DNA of 35,856 nt, taken from an uncultured Campylobacter sp. GTDB taxonomy: Bacteria > Campylobacterota > Campylobacteria > Campylobacterales > Campylobacteraceae. Below the pieces are notes generated by a model. It worked only from the letters and a program-made list of their open reading frames with translations. It had not been told where the DNA came from and ran no database searches. Location of the stretch: positions 1 through 35,856 of the forward strand of contig CAURMQ010000001.1 in assembly GCA_963525765.1 (NCBI GenBank). Reading direction: 5' to 3'. Position 1 is the stretch's first letter; the number at the start of each line of letters is the position of its first letter. Shown in pieces: positions 8,931 to 18,736 of this stretch. Made by a program: the position numbers and the translations under genes.

Positions 8931-10136
8931 ATGATAATTATAAATCGAATGTTTTCGGGCGGCTATTTGAACGAGAGCTTGGGGCACGAAATCATCAATC
9001 TTTTTAAGGCAGACAACGGCAGGCACTACATCTACGTAAATCCTTACGGCACGATAAACGAGGATGCGAAGGACGCACACAAAGTCCTTTTAGTGCGTGC
9101 CATCTCGAAACATTGTTTTGAAATTTTAGCTTGCGCTAGCGAGTTAAAACTGCTTTTGAGCGATGAACTTTTTGCTAGCGGCAGAAAGCGTGGCGCTAAA
9201 GAGGAGCTTAAAAGACAATCTGAAATGATTGAAGCACAAAATATCGCTTACGGCGGTGTGCTTCTAAACGAGCTATTTGAAAGCGAAAACGATAGCCCCA
9301 ATGCGGCGTATATAACATTTGAGACGTCGAATTTTAAAAAACCAAAATTTAAATTTTACATCGTTGATGATGAGAAACTGATAGACGAAACGCATTTTTT
9401 AGTGCCATTTAAATTTTCCTCGCAATCTTTAAAGCAATATGTCCAGGGCGAAAGCGCGCTGGATAAAATTTTCGCGCCCGAGCTTTGGCAAGAGAACGAT
9501 ACTACGAAGCGGATCGGGCTAAATGAAATTTTAAATTTCAAAGCTAAAGAGCAAAATATCTTAGAGATAATCGGCAAGATGGACGATGAGTTAAGCTTTT
9601 CAAATTGGATAGTCTATTATTTGCGAAACGATGCGCAGCTATTTTTAAAATTTGCGAGCGAAATTTTACGGCTAAACATAAGCGAGGACGCGCAAATTTT
9701 AAGAGAATACAAAAATATAGATATTTTCATAAAAGATCAAAACCACGCAATCGTCATCGAAAATAAGATCAAATCCGGTATCAACGGGATAAGACACGAT
9801 TTACAGAGCGATGCTGTGCGCTCTCAGCTAGATAAATACTCAAAGATTGCCGATCAGCAGGATTCAGGCGGCAGAGCAAAGTGCTTTTTGCTTCTACCTG
9901 ATTATAGCTATGCAGATAAAGAGTTAGCGAAATTTGATGAGTATGGACGCTATTCGGTCATAAGATACAGCGCGCTTTTGAGATTTTTTGAAGCTTGCGA
10001 ATGCGGCTTGAAATTCTACGACGAATTCAAAGACGCGCTGCGAAAGCATGCGAGCGAATACAAAAAGGATTTTTATGAAATCATGGGAGAGCGGCTAATT
10101 ATGACGATTTTACGGCATAGAGGCTTATCGTCGTAA
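8931..10136 (+). CDS. PD-(D/E)XK nuclease family protein
   Basis: C-terminal half carries E..FSNWI..YL...REYKNIDIFI.......IENKI...QL.KY, typical of PDDEXK_4-like nucleases; AT-richer than the flanking genes. Confidence 0.75.
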   Translation: MIIINRMFSGGYLNESLGHEIINLFKADNGRHYIYVNPYGTINEDAKDAHKVLLVRAISKHCFEILACASELKLLLSDELFASGRKRGAKEELKRQSEMIEAQNIAYGGVLLNELFESENDSPNAAYITFETSNFKKPKFKFYIVDDEKLIDETHFLVPFKFSSQSLKQYVQGESALDKIFAPELWQENDTTKRIGLNEILNFKAKEQNILEIIGKMDDELSFSNWIVYYLRNDAQLFLKFASEILRLNISEDAQILREYKNIDIFIKDQNHAIVIENKIKSGINGIRHDLQSDAVRSQLDKYSKIADQQDSGGRAKCFLLLPDYSYADKELAKFDEYGRYSVIRYSALLRFFEACECGLKFYDEFKDALRKHASEYKKDFYEIMGERLIMTILRHRGLSS

Positions 10137-10282
10137 TTTATATTGCAGTGCACAAAAGACATCCTAACATGCATAAATAAATTCCACTATTGATCGATCT
10201 GCATAAAGTCCCATATTTCTTAAATAGATTTAAAGCAACATTTAGCTATTATCACGCTTCATTTTTTCACAAAGGAAACCTA

Positions 10283-10819
10283 ATGTTAGAAGGTATCGTT
10301 AGAGATAGTATCGGTAAAAGGGCTTCAAAATCCCTAAAACGAGATGGTTATCTAATCGCTAATATTTATGCGAAAGGATTTGAAAATATTAACGCAGCGT
10401 TTAAAGTAAACGACTTTATCAAGGCTATGCGCACAAAAGAAGATCTTCCTTTCGAGGTTAGCGTGGGCGGTAAGACATATCGCGTTATAGTGCAAGAATA
10501 CCAAAAGCACCCCGTCACAAATACTCTAACTCACGTAGATTTGCGAGTAGTTCAGGATGACGTCGTAAGCAAATATTTAGTGCCGGTTAAGGTAACTGGC
10601 GTCGCTAAAGGGCTAAAAAACAAAGGTATTTTGGTGCAATCCAAGCGCCGTATCGCCGTAAAATGCGCCGGCAAAGATCTACCAAACGATTTTACGCTCG
10701 ATGTGAGCGATCTTGACGTAGGCGATTCACTTTTGATCCGAGACATTCCGGTAAAAGAGGGCGTCAGCATCATCCTAGACGGCTCGGTAGCGGTAGTCGG
10801 AGTTACTTCGGCTAAATAG
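10283..10819 (+). CDS. rplY: 50S ribosomal protein L25/Ctc
   Basis: [12 protein letters not shown]...IANIYAKG...QKHPV...HVDL; RBS AAAGGA before ATG 10283. Confidence 0.95.
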   Translation: MLEGIVRDSIGKRASKSLKRDGYLIANIYAKGFENINAAFKVNDFIKAMRTKEDLPFEVSVGGKTYRVIVQEYQKHPVTNTLTHVDLRVVQDDVVSKYLVPVKVTGVAKGLKNKGILVQSKRRIAVKCAGKDLPNDFTLDVSDLDVGDSLLIRDIPVKEGVSIILDGSVAVVGVTSAK

Positions 10820-10827
10820 GGGCGCCT

Positions 10828-11385
10828 ATGATACTGATCGCAGGACTTGGGAATCCTGCTCAGAAATACGCAGACACCAGACACAACGTCGGTTTTATGC
10901 TAATCGACGAAATTTTAAAGACGGGCGGCTTTAGCGAGCTCGGCTCGTCTAAATTCCAAGGCGAGCTTTTTAAAAAGGGCTCGCTGCTTCTTTTAAAACC
11001 CCAAACTTTTATGAACTTAAGCGGCAACTCCGTAAAGGCGGTGAATGATTTTTACAAGCCCGAGCGCATCATCATAGTGCACGACGATATAGATTTGGAT
11101 CTGGGCGCCGTTAAATTTAAAAAAGGCGGCAGTAGCGGCGGGCACAACGGCATCAAGTCGATCGATGCGCTAATCGGTGCAGATTACGAGCGCGTGCGTA
11201 TCGGCGTGGGCAAAAAACGGCAGGACCAGGATGCGGCAAATTTCGTGCTCGGAAATTTTAACGAAAGCGAGCGCGAGAAGCTGAGCGAAATTTTACCCTA
11301 CGTCGCGCGCGCAGTAGAGGAGCTCATTTGCTCGGATATAGAGCAGGTCGCGCAAAAATTTACGATTAAAAAGGCTAGGGTGTGA
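10828..11385 (+). CDS. pth: Peptidyl-tRNA hydrolase
   Basis: [35 protein letters not shown]. Confidence 0.97.
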   Translation: MILIAGLGNPAQKYADTRHNVGFMLIDEILKTGGFSELGSSKFQGELFKKGSLLLLKPQTFMNLSGNSVKAVNDFYKPERIIIVHDDIDLDLGAVKFKKGGSSGGHNGIKSIDALIGADYERVRIGVGKKRQDQDAANFVLGNFNESEREKLSEILPYVARAVEELICSDIEQVAQKFTIKKARV

Positions 11386-12428
11386 AGTTATACGTAAAAT
11401 ACGCGGCTCTTTCTTATCTGAAGTATTTTTTTATCCTGCTAATAGCCCTTGAGTGCTTTTATGTAGGCATCGATGTGCTTACTAATCTCAAAGATTTTCC
11501 TTCAAGCGCGAATACCGCTCTTTTATATATCGCCCTAACCGCCGCAGTCGCGCTTAGCTACACGCTGCCGCTAAGCCTCATTTTCGCGCTGATTTTAATG
11601 ATGTTTAATATGATTAGAAGCAACGAGCTGGTGAGCTTTTATGCGCTTGGAGTTAGCAAAAACGCTCTGATAATCCCTCCATTTTTGATCGCACTTGCGA
11701 TTACTGCAGGCTTTATAGCTTTAAATTCCACCCCGTTTGCATACGCGCTAAAATTTCAAAAGAATTTAACCGATTTATCGCCTACGGGGGGAGATATGTT
11801 TTTGAAATTTGAGGGTAAATATATCTACATCAAAGCTCTAAACGGCAAAAACGCAAATGATATAACGATCTTTGATGTGGGTGATAACTCCGTTGCTTCA
11901 CGCTCGCATGCAAGCTCTGGCGAATACGCAGGTAAAATTTGGCATCTGCACGACGTAAATACTACTACTTTACCAGCACAGCTTAAACTTGGAGGAAGTG
12001 GATTAAAAAGTAAGCTTAGCGTGCAGGGCGAGGCGCTTAAGGGCTTTGATCCAAGCTCAATTGCAAGCGTTTATGATACGAGTAATGTATATTCGATCAG
12101 GGATGCTTTGCGTTCGATCCGCACCTTTTCGCATCAAGGCGTAAATATCTCTACTATAAAAGCAAGCCTTTATAATATGATATTTTTTCCGTTGTTTGCA
12201 CCTTTGGCGGTATTGGTTCTGTATTATTATCTGCCCGTTACGGGGCGATTTTTTAATCTCGCGCTACTAAGCTTTGGATTTTTTATCGCTACGCTATGCG
12301 CTTGGGGCGTGCTTTTCGTGTTAATTAGGTTTTCTCTCAACGGCGTCATCATCCCAGAACTTGGCATTATCGTGCCCATAACAGCGTTATTAGGCTTCGC
12401 GGCATTTTTAGTTTTTAAGCATCGTTAA
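11382..12428 (+). CDS. LptF/LptG family permease
   Basis: Multi-TM protein with LPLSLIFA...[12 protein letters not shown] motif and a central periplasmic domain; GTG start overlaps the pth stop. Confidence 0.85.
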   Translation: MKLYVKYAALSYLKYFFILLIALECFYVGIDVLTNLKDFPSSANTALLYIALTAAVALSYTLPLSLIFALILMMFNMIRSNELVSFYALGVSKNALIIPPFLIALAITAGFIALNSTPFAYALKFQKNLTDLSPTGGDMFLKFEGKYIYIKALNGKNANDITIFDVGDNSVASRSHASSGEYAGKIWHLHDVNTTTLPAQLKLGGSGLKSKLSVQGEALKGFDPSSIASVYDTSNVYSIRDALRSIRTFSHQGVNISTIKASLYNMIFFPLFAPLAVLVLYYYLPVTGRFFNLALLSFGFFIATLCAWGVLFVLIRFSLNGVIIPELGIIVPITALLGFAAFLVFKHR

Positions 12429-12473
12429 GCCTTGATTTGTTAGAATGGCGCAAAATTTATCGGTGGAAATTCT

Positions 12474-13787
12474 ATGGATTATTCAAGCTTAGCCCGCAAA
12501 TACGGCACCCCTTTATACGTTTACGATTTTAACGAGATACAAAAGAATTTCATAGCGCTCAAAGAGGCCTTCGTAGCGCGCAAGTCGCTCGTTTGCTTCG
12601 CGATTAAGGCAAGCTCTAATTTAAGCATTTTAAAATTTCTATCGGATCTGGGCAGCGGCTTTGACTGCGTCAGCATAGGTGAGCTGCGCCGCGCTCTGTA
12701 TATCGGCGCAAAGAGCTATAAGATCATATTCTCTGGCGTCGGTAAGCAAGATGGCGAGCTCGAGTTTGCGCTAAAGTCGGACATCTTGCTAATAAATTTA
12801 GAAAGCGAGGCCGAGATGCTGCGCCTCGAGCAAATCGCGCAAAATCTAAATAAGCCCGCTCGCATCAGCATCCGCGTAAATCCGAACGTTGATGCTAAGA
12901 CCCACCCCTACATCTCTACGGGGCTAAATGAGAATAAATTCGGCGTCAGCATCGAGACCGCGCGCAAGATGTATATCTACGCCAAAAAGAGCAAATTTTT
13001 AAATCCCGTCGGTATCCACTTTCACATCGGCAGCCAGCTTACGGACATTTCTCCGATCTGCGACGCGGCAAAGATCGTAAGCGATCTGTTGCGCGAGCTG
13101 CGAGCCCTTGAGGTCGATATAAAATTTTTCGACGTGGGCGGCGGCATCGGCATCCGCTACGAGGATGAAAAACAGATCGTGCTCTACGACTACGCGCAAG
13201 GGATTTTAAAGAGCCTAAGCGGTCTAGATGTCACGATCGTGTGCGAGCCGGGGCGCTTCATCACGGGAGCAGCGGGCGTCTTCCTTACTCGCGTGCTTTA
13301 TGAAAAACAAAACTGCGGCAAGCGCTTCGTCATCGTTGACGGCGCGATGAACGATCTCATACGCCCGAGTCTCTACGGCGCGCACCACGCCATCGAGATC
13401 GTTGGCGCTTCGGAGGGTATAAATTTAAACGAGCCCGATGCGAGCGAAGTAAATTTAGGCGGCAGAGGCTCGGATCAAATAAACGGTTCGTGTGCAGATC
13501 AAAAAAATTTGAGCGGCGCAAATTTAGCCGCAGCGAGCCTCTGCGACGTCGTGGGGCCGATCTGCGAAAGTGGCGATTTTTTGGCCAAAGGCGTTAGCCT
13601 GCCTAGCCTGCAAAGCGGCAATCTGCTCGCGATCAAAAGCGCCGGCGCTTACGGCTTTTCGATGTCGAGCAACTACAACACCCGCTGCCGCGCCGCCGAG
13701 GTCGCGGTTTACGACGGACAGGACCGCCTGATTAGAAAGCGCGAGAGCTTTGATGATCTAATCGCGCTCGAAAAGGATCTCGTATGA
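12474..13787 (+). CDS. lysA: Diaminopimelate decarboxylase with a ~40-aa in-frame insertion
   Basis: GTPLYVYD, FAIKA, HPYISTG...KFG, HFHIGSQ, EPGR, RPSLYGA, VVGPICESGD, GAYGFSMSSNYN. Confidence 0.95.
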   Translation: MDYSSLARKYGTPLYVYDFNEIQKNFIALKEAFVARKSLVCFAIKASSNLSILKFLSDLGSGFDCVSIGELRRALYIGAKSYKIIFSGVGKQDGELEFALKSDILLINLESEAEMLRLEQIAQNLNKPARISIRVNPNVDAKTHPYISTGLNENKFGVSIETARKMYIYAKKSKFLNPVGIHFHIGSQLTDISPICDAAKIVSDLLRELRALEVDIKFFDVGGGIGIRYEDEKQIVLYDYAQGILKSLSGLDVTIVCEPGRFITGAAGVFLTRVLYEKQNCGKRFVIVDGAMNDLIRPSLYGAHHAIEIVGASEGINLNEPDASEVNLGGRGSDQINGSCADQKNLSGANLAAASLCDVVGPICESGDFLAKGVSLPSLQSGNLLAIKSAGAYGFSMSSNYNTRCRAAEVAVYDGQDRLIRKRESFDDLIALEKDLV

Positions 13788-14221
13788 TCCGCGCGGCGAG
13801 CCGTCCAAAACGGGGCGCGATCTTAAATTTCAAATCCGAACGCGCAGCGGCTTTAAATTTTAACGCAGTAGCAAGCACGGTCTTAAATTTTAAACGCACC
13901 GCCGATTTAAATTCTAAGCCTGAACGCGCCGCCGCTTTAAATTTCAAATCCGAACGAAATGCGCCTCTAAATTTAACGCCAGAACGAAGCCCCGTTTTAA
14001 ATTTTAATCGCGGCTCTTTAAATTTTAGATCCCGCTGCGACGAATTTTATCGCGCCTTCTTAGCGCGCGGAAGCTACGGCGCAGTAATTGCAAGCGATGA
14101 AATTTTAAGTTCGCGCGGTAAGAATTTCAAAGCACAAAGCAGCAAGAGCGGCGGCATGAAATTTCTAAAACCGAAATTTAGGGGCGAGCAAAAGGAGGGT
14201 TGTGATGCAAAATATCGATGA
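13784..14221 (+). CDS. Possible repeat-derived ORF (LNF decapeptide repeats) bridging lysA and pheA
   Basis: 145 aa; ATGA overlap with the lysA stop and end overlapping the pheA start; low-complexity content. Protein function is unsupported. Confidence 0.35.
   Translation: MIRAASRPKRGAILNFKSERAAALNFNAVASTVLNFKRTADLNSKPERAAALNFKSERNAPLNLTPERSPVLNFNRGSLNFRSRCDEFYRAFLARGSYGAVIASDEILSSRGKNFKAQSSKSGGMKFLKPKFRGEQKEGCDAKYR
13823..14025. repeat. Degenerate ~30-bp tandem array with a TTAAATTT core
   Basis: Cores at 13823, 13853, 13883, 13907, 13937, 13967, 13997 and 14018 (spacings 30, 30, 24, 30, 30, 30, 21). Confidence 0.85.
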
Positions 14222-15281
14222 TCTGCGCGTTTGTATCGATAGGCTGGATGATGAAATTTTGCGCCTTATCGACGAGCGCATGGGGTTTGTCAAAAAGATC
14301 GGCGAGCTAAAGCAGACCGCGGGCAGCGCGATCTACCGCCCGGAGCGCGAGCGCTCGATCATCAGCAGGCTGGACGGCGGAAAGGCGCGAAATTTAAGCA
14401 AAGAGGCGATTGAGGCGATATTTTTTGAAATTTTTTCAGTCTCGCGAAATTTAGAAAAGCCGCAGATCGTCGCGTTTTTAGGGCCTTTCGGCACCTATTC
14501 GCACCAAGCCGCCAAGAGCCGCTTCGGCGCGGTAAGCTCCTATCTGCCGCTCTCAAACATCGAGGCGGTCTTTAAGGAGCTTGATAGCGGCGAGGCCAAA
14601 TACGGCGTCGTGCCGATCGAAAATAACACCGAAGGCGCGGTGGGAGCGACGCTTGATTGCTTGCGAAAATACGAGGGCGTCAAGATCGTCGCCGAAATTT
14701 ATATGGATATCCACCACTGCTTTGCGAGCCACTGCGACGACGTAAGCACAGTGGAGCAGATATTCTCGCATCCGCAAGGATACAATCAGTGCCTTAAATT
14801 TTTAGACGATCACGGCCTTAGCGGCGTTAAATTTACCGCGACCAAATCGACCGCGCTTGCGGCGCAGATGGCGGCCGCCACGCCGCACTCCGCCGCGATC
14901 TGCTCCAAGATCGCCGCCGATCTTTACGGCGTGCCGATGATGTTTCAAAAGATCGAGGATAACTCCGCCAACCGCACGCGCTTTTTCGTGCTCAGCGACT
15001 TTAAAAACCAAAAGAGCGACCGCAACAAAACGAGCATTCTAGCCAAAACTGACGACCGCCCGGGCGGGCTCGTGGACTTTTTGCAGATGTTTCGCAACGA
15101 GGGGATAAATTTAACCAAATTAGAAAGCCGCCCAGTCAAGCTTAGGGATTTTAAAAGCGTCTTTTATATCGATTTTGAGGGGCACATCGACGACGAACGC
15201 GTGGCGCGCGTGCTGCAAAACGCGCAAAAAAACGGCCACGAAATTACCTGGCTGGGAAGTTACATAAACGGAGGGGAGTGA
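14205..15281 (+). CDS. pheA: Chorismate mutase/prephenate dehydratase (P-protein)
   Basis: N-terminal CM (LRVCIDRLD...RPERE), [30 protein letters not shown] domain [20 protein letters not shown]. Confidence 0.95.
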   Translation: MQNIDDLRVCIDRLDDEILRLIDERMGFVKKIGELKQTAGSAIYRPERERSIISRLDGGKARNLSKEAIEAIFFEIFSVSRNLEKPQIVAFLGPFGTYSHQAAKSRFGAVSSYLPLSNIEAVFKELDSGEAKYGVVPIENNTEGAVGATLDCLRKYEGVKIVAEIYMDIHHCFASHCDDVSTVEQIFSHPQGYNQCLKFLDDHGLSGVKFTATKSTALAAQMAAATPHSAAICSKIAADLYGVPMMFQKIEDNSANRTRFFVLSDFKNQKSDRNKTSILAKTDDRPGGLVDFLQMFRNEGINLTKLESRPVKLRDFKSVFYIDFEGHIDDERVARVLQNAQKNGHEITWLGSYINGGE

Positions 15282-16390
15282 TGAAATTTAACGAATTTGT
15301 AGAAAATCTAAGCAATTACGAAGCGGGCAAGCCGATCGAGCTTGTGGTGCGGGAGTTTGGTATCCGCAAGCAGGACGTACTAAAGCTTGCCAGCAACGAA
15401 AATCCTTTCGGCACGAGCGAGGCGGTGCAGGAGGCGATCGCACAAAACGCCGCCTGTGCGCATCTTTACCCCGATGATTCGATGTATGAGCTAAAGGACG
15501 CGCTCGCCTCGAAATTCGGCGTAGAGCCGCAAAATATCATCATCGGCGCGGGCAGCGATCAGATCATCGAGTTTGCGCTGCACGCCAAGCTCAATTCGCG
15601 CCGCGCGATACTGCAAGCGGGCGTCACTTTCGCGATGTACGGCATCTACGCAAGCCACTGCGAGGCTAAAGTTTACAAAACGAGCACGCAGGAGCACGAT
15701 CTGGCTGAGCTTTTAAAAATTTATAACGAGCACAGGGATGAAATTTCAGTCATATTTTTGTGCGTGCCGAACAACCCGCTAGGCGAGTGCTTGGATGCGG
15801 AGGCTGTATATGAGTTCGCTCGAAGCGTGGATGAGGACACGCTTTTGGTGATCGATGCCGCGTACAACGAATTTGCAGCGTTTAAAGATGAACGTAAAAA
15901 GCTCGATCCGAAATTTTTAATTCAAAATTTTAAAAACGTGCTCTATCTAGGCACCTTCTCGAAGGTCTACGGCCTGGGCGGCATGCGCGTAGGCTACGGC
16001 ATCGCGCCGTACGCGATCATAAGCGCACTTTATAAGCTGCGCCCGCCCTTTAACATCACGACGCTTAGCCTCGCAGCGGCGGTTGCGGCGCTAAAAGACG
16101 AGGCTTTTGTGCAAAAGAGCTTGCAAAACAACGCCGCGCAGATGAGCCGCTTTGAAGATTTTGCGCGCGAGCGAAATTTAGAATTTATCCCTAGCTACGC
16201 AAATTTCATCACGTTTAAACTTAGCCCGCCGCTAGATAGTAGCGAGCTTTGCGAGCAGCTTCTGCGCCGCGGCATCATCATTCGAAATTTAAAAAGCTAC
16301 GGGCTAAACGCCGTGCGCATTACGATCGGCACGCAGGAGCAAAGTAGCCGCGTTCTAGACGCAATGGGAGAAATTTTGAGTGGATATTAA
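15281..16390 (+). CDS. hisC: Histidinol-phosphate aminotransferase
   Basis: [44 protein letters not shown]. Confidence 0.93.
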   Translation: MKFNEFVENLSNYEAGKPIELVVREFGIRKQDVLKLASNENPFGTSEAVQEAIAQNAACAHLYPDDSMYELKDALASKFGVEPQNIIIGAGSDQIIEFALHAKLNSRRAILQAGVTFAMYGIYASHCEAKVYKTSTQEHDLAELLKIYNEHRDEISVIFLCVPNNPLGECLDAEAVYEFARSVDEDTLLVIDAAYNEFAAFKDERKKLDPKFLIQNFKNVLYLGTFSKVYGLGGMRVGYGIAPYAIISALYKLRPPFNITTLSLAAAVAALKDEAFVQKSLQNNAAQMSRFEDFARERNLEFIPSYANFITFKLSPPLDSSELCEQLLRRGIIIRNLKSYGLNAVRITIGTQEQSSRVLDAMGEILSGY

Positions 16391-18212
16391 AAATAAAAGC
16401 TTAGAGGAGTTACGGGAGCTTTGCACGCAGATCAGGGCGCGCATCATCGAAGTCGTGAGTAAAAACGGCGGCCATCTAAGCTCAAACATGGGCGCGGTCG
16501 AGCTCATTGTGGCGATGCACTATGTATTCAACGTCACGAGCGATCCGTTTATCTTCGACGTAAGCCATCAAAGCTACGCACACAAGCTTCTAACGGATCG
16601 CTGGGAGGAGTTCGGCTCGCTTAGGCAGTTCGGCGGTATCAGCGGCTATACGAAGCCTAGCGAGAGTAAATTTGATTACTTCGTCGCAGGACACGCCTCG
16701 ACGTCGATCTCTTTGGCCGTGGGCGCGGCAAAAGCGATAAGCCTAAAGCACGAGGATCGCGTGCCGGTTGTGCTCATCGGCGACGGCTCGATGAGCGGCG
16801 GCATGACCTATGAAGCGATGAACGAGCTCGGCGATCTGCGCCTGCCCTGCATCATCATCCTAAACGACAACAAAATGAGTATCAGCAAGCCGATCGGCGC
16901 CTTTAGCAAATACCTAAGCCAAGCGATGGCGGGCGAGACATATCAAAAATTTAAATCCCACGTAAGAGAGCTGCTCTCTCACGCTCCGCAAAGCGCGACA
17001 TATATGGCAAAGCGCTTTGAAAATTCCTTAAAGCTCATTATCCCTGGGATGTATTTTGAGGAGCTGGGGCTTGATTATATCGGTCCCGTGGACGGGCATA
17101 ATTTAGAGGATCTAATATCGGCGCTAAAGACGGCAAAAAGCGCGCGCAAGCCCGTCGTCGTGCACGCTCAAACGATCAAGGGTAAGGGTTACGACAAGGC
17201 CGAGGGATATTTAGAGAGCTGGCACGGCGTAGGGCCTTTCGATATTAAAAGCGGAGAATTTAAGAAAAAATCCGCCGCCAAAAGCGCCACGCAAATTTAT
17301 GCCGAAGCGCTTTTAAATTTGGCCGCTAAGCATGAAAACGTCGTGGGCGTGACCGCCGCGATGCCAAGCGGCACGGGTATGGATAAGCTGATCGAGAAAT
17401 TTCCGCACCGCTTCTGGGATGTAGCGATCGCCGAGCCTCACGCGCTAAGCTCGATGGCTGCGATGGCGCGCGAGGGTTTTAAGCCGTACGTTACGATATA
17501 TTCGACCTTCATGCAGCGCGCGTTCGATCAGATCGTCCATGATGCGGCGATTATGAATCTAAGCTTAGTCCTTGCGATGGATCGCGCGGGCATCGTGGGC
17601 GAGGACGGCGAGACGCACGAGGGGGTCTTTGACGTGAGTTTTTTAAACGCGATCCCAAACGTCAGCATGTGCGCGCCGCGAGACGAGGCTAGCTTTAAAC
17701 GGATCATCGAGTACTCCTACGCGCATGAGGGGATTTTGGCGATCCGCTATCCGCGCGGAAGCTTTATCTTGGGCTGCGACGAGACTAGTGCATCTGCGGT
17801 AGAGCTTGCAAAATCGGTGTTTTTAAAGCGCAGCGATAGCGCGCGAGTAGCGTTCATCGGCTACGGAAACGGCGCAGGCAGAGCGTATAAAACGGCCGAG
17901 GCGCTGGAGGGGCAGATCGAAGCAGACGTCGTGGATCTAGTCTTTGTAAAGCCTTTAGACGCCGAGTTTTTGCGAAGCTTGGCTAGCAAAGATAAAATTT
18001 GGTACGTCTTTAGCGACAATGCCAAAAAGGGCGGCGTCGGTGAAATTTTAAGCGCATTTTTGCAAGAAAATGAAATTTCGGACGTAAAGATCGTAAGCTT
18101 CGAGTTTGCTGATATCTTTTTACCGCACGGCAAGACTGCTGACGTGGAGCGCAGCTTGGGCTTAGATATCCAAACTCTAACCGAGCGAATATTAAGTGAT
18201 AAAAAGTATTAG
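16380..18212 (+). CDS. dxs: 1-deoxy-D-xylulose-5-phosphate synthase
   Basis: [66 protein letters not shown] start. Confidence 0.97.
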   Translation: MDIKNKSLEELRELCTQIRARIIEVVSKNGGHLSSNMGAVELIVAMHYVFNVTSDPFIFDVSHQSYAHKLLTDRWEEFGSLRQFGGISGYTKPSESKFDYFVAGHASTSISLAVGAAKAISLKHEDRVPVVLIGDGSMSGGMTYEAMNELGDLRLPCIIILNDNKMSISKPIGAFSKYLSQAMAGETYQKFKSHVRELLSHAPQSATYMAKRFENSLKLIIPGMYFEELGLDYIGPVDGHNLEDLISALKTAKSARKPVVVHAQTIKGKGYDKAEGYLESWHGVGPFDIKSGEFKKKSAAKSATQIYAEALLNLAAKHENVVGVTAAMPSGTGMDKLIEKFPHRFWDVAIAEPHALSSMAAMAREGFKPYVTIYSTFMQRAFDQIVHDAAIMNLSLVLAMDRAGIVGEDGETHEGVFDVSFLNAIPNVSMCAPRDEASFKRIIEYSYAHEGILAIRYPRGSFILGCDETSASAVELAKSVFLKRSDSARVAFIGYGNGAGRAYKTAEALEGQIEADVVDLVFVKPLDAEFLRSLASKDKIWYVFSDNAKKGGVGEILSAFLQENEISDVKIVSFEFADIFLPHGKTADVERSLGLDIQTLTERILSDKKY

Positions 18213-18252
18213 TTAATATCAACTTTGTTTAAAGTAAAATTTGATAATATCA
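18197..18252 (+). promoter_or_regulatory. Candidate Per/Fur-box-like sites upstream of perR
   Basis: TGATAAAAAGTATTA and TTGATAATATCA are AT-rich TGATAA-type half sites; compatible with autoregulation (inference). Confidence 0.4.
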
Positions 18253-18277
18253 CTTTAAAATTTTTTGAAGGACAAAA

Positions 18278-18688
18278 ATGAGCCACGTAGAACTACTCAA
18301 AACTTGCGGTTTGAAAGCAACTCCTCAAAGATTGTGCATCCTAAAGGTGCTCGATCGCCACGAACATCCAAGCATAGATGACCTATACGAGGGGATCAAA
18401 GAGGACTATCCATCCATTTCACTAGCGACGGTTTATAAAAATTTAAACACCCTACTCGACGAAGGCGTCGTAGTCGAGGTCAATGCGCCGAATAAAAAGA
18501 GCCGCTACGACATCTATCAGATGCCGCATATCCACGTCGTCTGCGAAAAATGCGGTAACGTCACGGATCTTTTCATGGATGATGCCTTTAATAAGGACGT
18601 TTTGAAAAACATCGAGCGCAAAGCGGGCAATTTCATCCGCAAGCTAAATATCACGGCTACGGTCGAAGACTGCGAAAAGTGTAGATAG
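18278..18688 (+). CDS. perR: Fur-family peroxide stress regulator PerR
   Basis: LKATPQR, HP, SISLATVYKNL, HIHVVCEKCG, C-terminal CEKC; follows dxs as in C. jejuni. Confidence 0.9.
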   Translation: MSHVELLKTCGLKATPQRLCILKVLDRHEHPSIDDLYEGIKEDYPSISLATVYKNLNTLLDEGVVVEVNAPNKKSRYDIYQMPHIHVVCEKCGNVTDLFMDDAFNKDVLKNIERKAGNFIRKLNITATVEDCEKCR

Positions 18689-18736
18689 TTTAAAGAATTT
18701 TCTGCTATTATTACCCACTTTATTTTTGGAGCGGGT

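Noticed and set aside
10190..10282. Upstream extension of rplY in the ORF track
   Set aside because: RBS and family N-terminus point to ATG 10283. The extended starts given for xseA (20805), serC (21982) and the 34287 ORF are rejected for the same reason.
11786..11791. G6 tract as a phase-variation site
   Set aside because: Shorter than the G8 or longer tracts typical of Campylobacter contingency loci, and the gene is intact.
13823..14025. CRISPR-like regular spacing
   Set aside because: The conserved core is only about 8 bp, the 'spacers' resemble each other, the period is about 30 nt, and no cas genes are present.
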